NCBI GenBank assembly: GCA_964408775.1
Contig: CAYPAP010000001.1
Location: 89,524 to 153,523, forward strand
Direction: 5' to 3'
Length of the DNA stretch: 64,000 bases
Source: an uncultured Gammaproteobacteria bacterium
GTDB lineage: Bacteria > Patescibacteriota > Patescibacteriia > Patescibacteriales > UBA12465
Made by a program: the position numbers and the translations under genes. This document shows, piece by piece, positions 39,832 through 47,596 of this stretch; the first letter of the stretch is position 1; every line of letters starts with the position of its first letter. The notes under the pieces are model-generated. The model saw nothing but the letters and a program-made list of their open reading frames with translations, was not told the origin of the DNA and ran no database searches.

Positions 39832-40362
39832 TTAGCTTTTTTCAAAAGAAAGACTAGATGAACGGCTTCTTGGTTTGTGAACAAAATAAAAAGAAATTAT
39901 TATACCTAAAAAGACCCAAGCCAAGGATAAAAATAAATTAAACCAAAAAACATTATTAAACCAGTAAATACCAAATAAATTGTTTTCCGCTAAAAAGAAC
40001 AAAAAATATAGGAATAGATTATGGAAGAAAACCAAAATAAAACTTAGGGCTAAAAAAGAATAAATTGATCTATTAGTAAAGAAATTATTCCAAACAAAAT
40101 CAGCTAAAAATACAGTTGCCAGAAAAACCACTGTATAGATTCCAAAAAAATAAAAAGAAAAAACATCAAGTAATAGACCAGACAACAAAGCAAAATTAAA
40201 AGAATTCTTAAAATCAAAGAAAATAAAGAGCCAAATTATTAAAAATAGAAATAAGTCAATCCCGCTCAAAATATTATTAAATGAATTTAAAAAAGATCCT
40301 TGAATTATAAAGACAGCAACAACTAAAAAAAATATTTTAAAAAAATACCAAAAACTCTTCAT
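39832..40362 (-). CDS. mreD: polytopic membrane protein, probable MreD
   Basis: 176 aa with about 5 TM segments, immediately downstream of mreC. The call rests on position. Confidence 0.5.
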   Translation of the reverse strand: MKSFWYFFKIFFLVVAVFIIQGSFLNSFNNILSGIDLFLFLIIWLFIFFDFKNSFNFALLSGLLLDVFSFYFFGIYTVVFLATVFLADFVWNNFFTNRSIYSFLALSFILVFFHNLFLYFLFFLAENNLFGIYWFNNVFWFNLFLSLAWVFLGIIISFYFVHKPRSRSSSLSFEKS

Positions 40363-40373
40363 TCGCTATAAAA

Positions 40374-41198
40374 TTAATCTAAATTACTAATATTACTTGG
40401 GATTATCACCGAGACAACATCAAGATTTTTAACATCAAAAAAGGCTTCAGCATTAATATCCTGCCAAATATCATTAACCTCCTGATTAACATAATTGACT
40501 CTACCAACAGCTAAGCCCTTAGGAATATCGGCCTCTAATCCTGATGTTATAATGCGATCACCTTCATTTACTAATTCATTTTGCGAAACAAAATTTACTT
40601 TTATAGACAAACCCAGATCACCCTCGGCTAAACCAATGCTCCTGGAAGAATTACTCAAAGAAACGGCCAGGCGACAAAAATTATTATTAATAAGACAAAC
40701 TCTAGATGTTTTATCATTAACCTCTATGATTTTTCCGACAACAACTCCGGCATGATTTACCACCACTAGACCCTCTCTTAGCCCGTCATTACTGCCCCTG
40801 TCTATAATTATATTTTTATTATAATGAGAAAGGTTTAAAAAGTTTTCCTGCCAGATAACATTGGCCAATAGATAATCTATACTATTTTCATCAAAAAAAT
40901 TTAAATATTGTCTAAGTCTTTCATTTTCCTCCTCCAAGGAATAAAGCTTGGCCATATCAACTTCATTTTTTTGCAATCCCTCCTCCAAAAAAGAAATTTT
41001 TTCTAACAAGTTGGATCTTGGCTCTTTTACTCCGCTTAAATCTCTAGAAGCATCCTGCGAAGATTTGCTAATAGGACTAATAATTTTGATAAAAATTCTT
41101 TGTCCCCAAGCCGAGAACCCCACTATATTCAAAAAAATAAGCAGTAAAACGACTGCTAAAAAAACTTTATACTTTTTCCTATCTTTTATAAGTTTCAT
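40374..41198 (-). CDS. mreC: rod-shape-determining protein MreC
   Basis: 274 aa. N-terminal anchor, a coiled-coil (LEEENERLRQYL), then beta-barrel repeats (...GLREGLVVVNHAGVVVGKI...). Confidence 0.8.
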   Translation of the reverse strand: MKLIKDRKKYKVFLAVVLLLIFLNIVGFSAWGQRIFIKIISPISKSSQDASRDLSGVKEPRSNLLEKISFLEEGLQKNEVDMAKLYSLEEENERLRQYLNFFDENSIDYLLANVIWQENFLNLSHYNKNIIIDRGSNDGLREGLVVVNHAGVVVGKIIEVNDKTSRVCLINNNFCRLAVSLSNSSRSIGLAEGDLGLSIKVNFVSQNELVNEGDRIITSGLEADIPKGLAVGRVNYVNQEVNDIWQDINAEAFFDVKNLDVVSVIIPSNISNLD

Positions 41199-41207
41199 AT
41201 TTTTAGA

Positions 41208-42254
41208 CTAGGAGCCATTTAGGGTTGAGGTTATTTTTTTGAGTAGATCTTCATCAGAAAATAAACTACCTGACCCCCTGACCATAGCTGATAATGGATC
41301 ATCAACCACTATCACTGGTATCTTTGTGGCCCGAGAAATTAATTTATCTAAACCATATAATAAGGCGCCTCCTCCACTCAAATATAAACCATGCTCGTAA
41401 ATATCAGACACTAGCTCTGGAGGAGTTTCTTCTAAAGTCAATTTAATATTTTCTACAATCTTAATAATTGTTTTTTTAATAGCATCCCTAATTTGATTAT
41501 CATTTATAGTGATGGCCGTTGGTAAACCATTTATTAGGTCTCGACCTCTAATTTCCATAGTTCTCTCCTCCTCGAAAGACATGACCGAAGCTAAATTTAT
41601 TTTAATTTTTTCAGCCAATTGTTCACCAATCAACAGGTTGAAATTATCCCTGATATAATCTGAAATATTGGTATCCAATTCATTTCCCGCTAAACGCAAA
41701 GACTTCCAAGAAACAACACCAGACAAAGAAATAACGGCAATATCAGTTGTTCCTCCGCCAATATCAACTATCATATTGGCCCTAGGGCTATCTACCGGGA
41801 GCCCAGCCCCTAAAGCAGCGGCCATAACCTCCTCTATTAAGTAAACTTTGCGAGCTCCAGCTGATTTAGCGGCATCTTCTACTGCTTTTTTTTCTACCTC
41901 AGTAATATCTAAGGGAATGCCGATAATAACCCGGGGTCTAGGTAAAAAAGAAAAACCCTCACCATGGACCTTGTTTATAAAATGTTTAAGCATTTTTTCA
42001 GTGATCTCGAAATCAGAAATAACACCATCAACTAAAGGTTTGACGGCCTGAATATGTGCTGGAGTTTTACCAACCATTTTCTTGGCCTCATGCCCAATTT
42101 CCAAAATTTCGGTTGTTTTAGTGTTAATAGCCACCACACTAGGCTCATTAATAATAATACCCTTTTTATCAACATAAACCAAGGTATTTTTAGTACCCAA
42201 ATCAATAGCAATATCATGTCCCAGACTACCAAATTTTTTAAAAATGTTAAACAT
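41208..42254 (-). CDS. mreB: rod-shape-determining actin homologue MreB (copy 1)
   Basis: 348 aa. IAIDLGTKNTLVY...INEPSVVAI...IVDIGGGTTDIAVISLSG. Confidence 0.9.
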   Translation of the reverse strand: MFNIFKKFGSLGHDIAIDLGTKNTLVYVDKKGIIINEPSVVAINTKTTEILEIGHEAKKMVGKTPAHIQAVKPLVDGVISDFEITEKMLKHFINKVHGEGFSFLPRPRVIIGIPLDITEVEKKAVEDAAKSAGARKVYLIEEVMAAALGAGLPVDSPRANMIVDIGGGTTDIAVISLSGVVSWKSLRLAGNELDTNISDYIRDNFNLLIGEQLAEKIKINLASVMSFEEERTMEIRGRDLINGLPTAITINDNQIRDAIKKTIIKIVENIKLTLEETPPELVSDIYEHGLYLSGGGALLYGLDKLISRATKIPVIVVDDPLSAMVRGSGSLFSDEDLLKKITSTLNGS

Positions 42255-42269
42255 AATTATTTGAAAAAT

Positions 42270-43508
42270 TTAATCTAAATCTTTTATATACTCTGAAATT
42301 TTATTAATATCAACTAATTTAATCTCGTCACTATTTCTAGCTTTAAGCTCAACTTTCTTATTCTCTAAAGTTTTAGAACTTAATACTAAACGATAAGGAC
42401 AACCAATTAAATCAGCATCAGCAAATTTCTCTCCGGGGGCAATGTCATCTCTGTCATCATAAAGAACCTCAATATTTTGTGAAGTTAAATCTTGATAAAT
42501 TTTTTCGGCTTCTTCATTTTGTTTTAGAGAAATTAGGTGAACTGAAAAAGGAGCTAAATCTTTGGGCCAAACCATTCCTTTGTCATCATGATAAACCTCG
42601 ACAATAGTCCCCATTACCCTACTAGGACCAATGCCATAAGAACACATTAAAATATCACTCTCTTTACCATCCTCGCTCTTAACGCTAAAAGAAATAGCCT
42701 TAGAAAATTTGCTTCCTAATTTAAAAATATTCCCAACCTCTACAGCCCTTTTTTCCTCTAGCGAAGTATTTTGACACTCAGGACAAGCATTTTGTTCAGA
42801 AATAATTTCCTTATTTACTGCTACTTTACATTTAGGACAAAAATAAATAGTATCTTCTCCTACTTCGGTTATAGTTTGAAATTCATGAGAATATTTAGAA
42901 AAAGCACCACCACTAGAATAGGTTAAATGGGTAATGTCACCCAAGCCCAATCTTCGATAAATTTTAAAATAGGCTTGCTTAACTTTTTCATAATAATTAT
43001 CTAAATCTTCTTGTGTAGTGTGGAAGGAATATAAATCTTTCATTAAAAATTCACGGCCACGAATAAGGCCGGCCTTGGCTCTTTTTTCGTTGCGGAATTT
43101 GGTTTGAATTTGATAAACGGAGAAAGGTAAATCTTTGTAGGAAAAAGTATATCTCTTGGCTAAAGGGGTAACAATTTCTTCGTGTGTAGCTCCTAGGGCG
43201 TAATCCTTGTCGTCGGAACCAGATAATTTAAACAGGGCATCAAAATTATCCCAGCGATCAGTCGCTTGCCAAACTTCTTTCGGAGTTAAGGCGGGCATCA
43301 AAATTTCTTGACCACCGATAGCATTCATCTCTTCGCGAATAATATCATTAATTTTATTTAAAACTTTTAGACCTAAAGGTAAGAAGGTATAAATTCCGGC
43401 GCCGACCTTATCAATAAAACCAGCTCGCATTAAGGTTTGAGCGTTATACGAGGTTTCATCTTTGGGGGTTTCTTTGATTGTTTTAGTAAATAAAAGTGAT
43501 TGTTTCAT
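42270..43508 (-). CDS. proS: proline--tRNA ligase (short form; zinc-ribbon in place of the INS editing domain)
   Basis: 412 aa. MKQSLLFTKTIKETPKDE...; class II motifs (FRNEKRAKAGLIRGREFLMKD); a CPKC...CPEC insert. Confidence 0.85.
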   Translation of the reverse strand: MKQSLLFTKTIKETPKDETSYNAQTLMRAGFIDKVGAGIYTFLPLGLKVLNKINDIIREEMNAIGGQEILMPALTPKEVWQATDRWDNFDALFKLSGSDDKDYALGATHEEIVTPLAKRYTFSYKDLPFSVYQIQTKFRNEKRAKAGLIRGREFLMKDLYSFHTTQEDLDNYYEKVKQAYFKIYRRLGLGDITHLTYSSGGAFSKYSHEFQTITEVGEDTIYFCPKCKVAVNKEIISEQNACPECQNTSLEEKRAVEVGNIFKLGSKFSKAISFSVKSEDGKESDILMCSYGIGPSRVMGTIVEVYHDDKGMVWPKDLAPFSVHLISLKQNEEAEKIYQDLTSQNIEVLYDDRDDIAPGEKFADADLIGCPYRLVLSSKTLENKKVELKARNSDEIKLVDINKISEYIKDLD

Positions 43509-43599
43509 TTTTTTAGGTTTAGATTTTAGTCTAATAATTTAGCTTAAAATTAAAGTTTTAACTATTTAAACAAACAGCAAAAAACTCAAATTTTCAGCT

Positions 43600-44673
43600 T
43601 TATTGAGTACTGTTATCATAACTTAAAAAAATGCTTTTGTAAATACTGGGAATATCCTGATTAATTATGTATTTTCTCAATTTTCTAGTGTTTCCATGGC
43701 CAAGTAAACCAAGATAAGAAATTACCGATTTGCCGTTTTCGCTACTTTTAATTCTAAGAATCATTCTTTTTTTGGTCGAGGTTCTTAAAACCCTATAATT
43801 ATAAAAATTAACCCAACCCAAATAATCAAGACCTGAATTTATGTTTTTGATCATAATCTTATTAGGATGCAAGGATAGCCTAAGATTTTTATCTAAAAAA
43901 GAAGATATATTAAAAATAATATTTTCCAAAAAACTTTTATTTTCATGGAAAATTAGAAAATCATCAGCATAACGAATATAATGTTTAATTTTTAAATCTC
44001 TTTTTATAAAATTGTCCAACTCATTTAAATAAATATTAACTAATAATTGACTAGTCAAATTACCTAGGGGTAAACCTCGACCCTTATCCCCGGGGGTGCT
44101 AAAACTATCAATAACCTTATCCAACAACCACAACATATTTTCATCTTTAATATATTTTTCTAAAATATTTTTTAATATTTGATGGTCAATACTGGCAAAG
44201 AATTTTTTAATATCACATTTTAAAATTCAACAATTTCTAGAATTATTTTTAGAAACCCTAAAAACAAATTGATCAAATCTGTCCAACCCCTTAAAGACCC
44301 CCTTATTAAGGCGACAAGAATAAGAATCGTAAATAAATTTTTTATCAAAAAATGGGTATAGGATTCTATAAACGGCGTGATGAACCACTCTATCAGAAAC
44401 AAGAGCCTTATGAATATTCCTCGGCTTAGGATCATTTATTTTAAAGGCGTAATACCCGCTGTGATTATAGGTTTTATTGGATAAAGAATCATGAATGAAA
44501 ATCAAATTATCCATTAATTTTAAGGAAAAATAAATCACATCTCTCTTTTTATTTTTTCCTTTCAAAAACTCCCGCCAAGACATAAGTAAATTTTCCAAAG
44601 ATATGGTATAATTATAAACATCATGAAGTCTCCTAATTTTTCTCATAAAAATATTAATTTTACTATCCTTCAA
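43600..44673 (-). CDS. DGR-type reverse transcriptase, with one in-frame TGA at 44227-44229
   Basis: Track ORFs 44227..44673 and 43600..44136 are in the same frame. Read through, the sequence is ...SLENLLMSWREFLKGKNKKRD...INDPKPRNIHKALVSDRVVHHAVYRIL...DSYSCRLNKG...NC-TGA-ILKCDIKKFFASIDHQIL...GLPLGNLTSQLLVNIYLNELD...YIRYADDFLIF. The [LI]GxxxSQ and YxDD motifs are characteristic of DGR RTs. An alternative start is the ATG at 44646. Confidence 0.85.
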
Positions 44674-45012
44674 AAAATAAAAGAAATATATTTTTCGTGG
44701 ATAAAAATATCAGACAATATTCCAAAAAAACGCCAATATACACTGGGCAATAAAATTGAAAATAAAATACTTGAGCTCTTAGAAATTTCTTATTTAGCCT
44801 ATTTTTCCAAGGAAAATAAAGTTGAAAAAATTTCTAAATGTATTACAGTCTTAGATTTATTAAAATTTCATATTTCTTTATCCTGGGAAGCTAAATTAAT
44901 CCCCAGTAAGCAATATGAAGAAACATCTATATTATTGGCTGAAGTTGGGAAAATGATGGGCGGATGGAAAAACAGCCTTAACAATCCCGAAAGAAAAAAC
45001 CACAGCTTCTGA
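44623..45012 (+). CDS. avd: Avd-like accessory variability determinant (four-helix-bundle / 23S-rRNA-IVS protein family)
   Basis: 129 aa. ...IPKKRQYTLGNKIENKILELLE...LDLLKFHISLSWEAKLIPSKQYEETSILLAEVGKMMGGWKNSL resembles Bordetella bAvd (...AQVLIAEVGRILGSW, recalled from memory). It is on the strand opposite to RT, TR and target. Confidence 0.8.
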   Translation: MKSPNFSHKNINFTILQKIKEIYFSWIKISDNIPKKRQYTLGNKIENKILELLEISYLAYFSKENKVEKISKCITVLDLLKFHISLSWEAKLIPSKQYEETSILLAEVGKMMGGWKNSLNNPERKNHSF

Positions 45013-45026
45013 GCTATGGAAAAAAA

Positions 45027-45162
45027 TATTTTCGGACAAAAAGGAAATCATTGTCAGCATCGAAATGATTGTCAGGATTAGCCCAATTGTAGTTGAGATA
45101 ACGCTTGCCATTGTCATTGCGATTGACATTGAATACATGAGGATTGTCACTGGAGTCGCTTA
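45027..45162 (-). repeat. DGR template repeat (TR)
   Basis: A 136-bp direct repeat of 45479-45614 (offset 452). In the target frame it encodes SDSSDNPHVFNVNRNDNGKRYLNYNWANPDNHFDADNDFLFVRK and is rich in AAY codons. Confidence 0.85.
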
Positions 45163-45410
45163 ATATAAAATACCCTCCTCTTCCACCACCAATTCGATAT
45201 AATTTAATACAAAGAATTTAGTTGAATATAATTTGTGATCTAAAATCAACTAGCATTTTATACCAAATATTTTTATTTTTTTGATTTAATTATAAACCTT
45301 AGATAAAAAGCCTTGACCATTTATAATTTTAGTTTACATTAAATAGAAAAGCTTCAAAAAACCTTAGTCTCTTGAAATAACTAGTCCAAAAGTATTATAG
45401 TATTTTTTAG

Positions 45411-45466
45411 CAAAGTTTCAAAGTATCAAAGCTTCAAAGTTTCAAAAAAAGAACAAAAGAACAAAA
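45411..45466. repeat. short tandem 8-bp repeats
   Basis: caaagttt caaagtat caaagctt caaagttt caaaaaaa gaacaaaa gaacaaaa, 12 nt downstream of the target stop. Confidence 0.7.
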
Positions 45467-45477
45467 ACCCTAAAAGA

Positions 45478-47580
45478 TTATTTGCGGACAAAAAGGAAAT
45501 CATTGTCAGCACCGAAATGACGGTCAGGATTAGCCCAAAAGTAGTGGAGATAACGCCCGCCATCGTCACTGCGATAGACATGGAATCCATGAGGATTGCC
45601 ACCGGAGTCGCGCATAGGGTTCATGGCTATAGCAATCCATTCGCCTTTAGGCTGGTCATAGCCCATTAATTTCTGGTAATTTAATCTCAGTAGTGGTCCT
45701 ACTTCTGGGGGACATAATTCTAGGTCCAATTCTTTGCCCTTAGCTATTATTTCTTGAAATTTAGCTCCATTGGGAAATCCTAAATCAGCCACCGATAGCT
45801 TTATTAATTTCAATTCTTTCTTTTCTGTACTTATCTTAAAATCTAGATGATTTAATAATTCTTTAGCTGTATCAGAAACTGTTATTTGATTAGGATTATT
45901 ATAGTCACTTATCTTTTTTCTTTCATTTAATTTTTCTTTAATTTGATTTTCGCTTAAATCACCAACCATCATATCTATCTTTCTAATTTCTTTTCCAGGA
46001 AATTTAGTATAGATATGTTCAATATTGTTGTTTAATACTTCCTGGCACAGTGGGCCAATATATACTTTAATATTATAGTTGTTTCTTAGATCTTCTTGGC
46101 TAGTGGCAATTTGATTAGGACTACAATTAAATAATATGGGTAAATCTTCTTTGATCTTTCTAACAGCTATGACCTCGTCTATCCTTTCGTCTCTTTGATA
46201 ACCAAATCCTTCAATTGGTCTATCTAGCTCATAGATAAATCTTAGTTCTTCTTCATTTAATTTATCTTCCTTTCTTTTCCAGATGTCGGTTAGTTTTTCC
46301 ATGTCTTTAATTCTTTGTTTATACAGCTCTCCTTCTTGACCAAAATCGCTCAGTTTTTCATTAAGCACGGGGTGAATATATGGATCTAGGTTCTGATCAT
46401 GGGCTATACCTCTAGGGGGTTCGGCTATTTTATTATTCCCTTCCATTCTAACAGCTAAACGAGGAATCTTGGCTTCACCCTCTTCGTTATTGGAATAATA
46501 GACATGAAAATCTCCACCTTGAAGTTGGTTTTTAGCAGTATCATAATTAGCAGTACACCATTCTAGAGGATAACCCTCAAAACTTTTGACTAGCCCATCG
46601 GGTTCGGAATATTGATCATACTTTACCCATTGTCCTTCAATATTTCTTAGTCCCTCAGTCGAATATTCTGGTATTTCTAGAAGAAATTGAGCATATAATT
46701 TAGAGAAGTTTTCGGTTGATAATAATTCAATAAATTCGTCCTTGTCTAATTTCTTGCTTTCATTGTCAATTTGTAGTTTTAATAAATCATCGTCTCTTTG
46801 GTCTCTTGGTTTTTGCTTTTCTTTTTTTACCCTACTTTTTTCTTCTAATAATGAACCCATGGCTGAAATAGTTTTAGCTAGAGCTCGGCTATTTAATAAT
46901 GGGAAGGAGTTGGTAGTACTTTCGGTTCTTTTCTGAAAACGAGCTTTTTCTAATATTTTTTCATCACTTATTTCTCTATTACAATTAGAACAAAAATTAT
47001 TCTTTTTATCTATGGGTTTCTCACAACCTGGGCAATGAGGAACCTTTTCATATTTACCCATTTTCAACATTGAATTGAAGGCCCAATATTTAGCCCACAT
47101 CGGATAGTCAGCGTCAGGAGAACTTAAATAGTCCACCCATCGATTTAGGCTATTTATCTGGTTAAATCTGATTACTTCTAATTCTTTTTCTTTCATGTCT
47201 TTGGGAAAAATATAGTTTATTTTCCCTTCCTCGGTTGTTTCTTTTTCTACTCCTTGGTTTTGTAGGTCTCCGCTATATCCTTGTCTTATCATTATATCGG
47301 CCTGATTATTCCAATATGATTGAGGGATATTATCCATTTCTATATTTACATACTTTTTTTGATAATAGTTTTTAATTCTCTCTATTACTCTGGGATCGTC
47401 TCTATGGCTTAGGTGGGTTTTCTCTAATATTTCGAGAAAATGAGAAATCTTCTCAGTTGGTTTCTGAGATATTTCTTCTCCTTTTCTTTTTCTTCTGTCT
47501 TGTTCGTGCTCTACCTCTTTGGAGATATGAAATTTAGGGTCCTTGCTGTGTAAAAATTCTAGTTCGATGTTTTTGCTCAT
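45478..47580 (-). CDS. DGR variable (target) protein, 700 aa
   Basis: Track ORF. Its last ~45 codons are the VR (...RDSGGNPHGFHVYRSDDGGRYLHYFWANPDRHFGADNDFLFVRK*). It contains HCPGCEKPIDKKNNFCSNCN (a zinc ribbon) and has no obvious signal peptide. Confidence 0.85.
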   Translation of the reverse strand: MSKNIELEFLHSKDPKFHISKEVEHEQDRRKRKGEEISQKPTEKISHFLEILEKTHLSHRDDPRVIERIKNYYQKKYVNIEMDNIPQSYWNNQADIMIRQGYSGDLQNQGVEKETTEEGKINYIFPKDMKEKELEVIRFNQINSLNRWVDYLSSPDADYPMWAKYWAFNSMLKMGKYEKVPHCPGCEKPIDKKNNFCSNCNREISDEKILEKARFQKRTESTTNSFPLLNSRALAKTISAMGSLLEEKSRVKKEKQKPRDQRDDDLLKLQIDNESKKLDKDEFIELLSTENFSKLYAQFLLEIPEYSTEGLRNIEGQWVKYDQYSEPDGLVKSFEGYPLEWCTANYDTAKNQLQGGDFHVYYSNNEEGEAKIPRLAVRMEGNNKIAEPPRGIAHDQNLDPYIHPVLNEKLSDFGQEGELYKQRIKDMEKLTDIWKRKEDKLNEEELRFIYELDRPIEGFGYQRDERIDEVIAVRKIKEDLPILFNCSPNQIATSQEDLRNNYNIKVYIGPLCQEVLNNNIEHIYTKFPGKEIRKIDMMVGDLSENQIKEKLNERKKISDYNNPNQITVSDTAKELLNHLDFKISTEKKELKLIKLSVADLGFPNGAKFQEIIAKGKELDLELCPPEVGPLLRLNYQKLMGYDQPKGEWIAIAMNPMRDSGGNPHGFHVYRSDDGGRYLHYFWANPDRHFGADNDFLFVRK
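45479..45614 (-). repeat. DGR variable repeat (VR)
   Basis: 118/136 identical to the TR. Of the 18 mismatches, 17 are at positions where the TR sense strand has A (plus-strand t). The 3'-terminal 27 bp (45485-45511, matching TR 45033-45059) are invariant despite containing four sense-strand adenines, which is IMH-like. Confidence 0.85.
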
Positions 47581-47596
47581 ATAATTAATATTTTAT

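Noticed and set aside
44227-44229. Idea that the organism uses a UGA-reassigned genetic code (code 4 or 25), which would explain the RT TGA.
   Set aside because: TGA terminates at least three well-conserved genes at their expected ends (ileS 53788, the ABC ATPase 35641, the MtaB-like gene 61588). Long ORFs are otherwise intact under the standard code.
44932-45150. 72-aa minus-strand ORF over the TR, and the 71-aa ORF 44220..44435.
   Set aside because: The first is an out-of-frame reading of the non-coding template repeat and the avd 3' end. The second is an alternative frame inside the RT gene. Neither has any motif support.
45411-45466. Possible CRISPR array, judged from the tandem repeats.
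   Set aside because: The units are only 8 bp long with no spacers, and there are no cas genes. This is simple tandem repetition.
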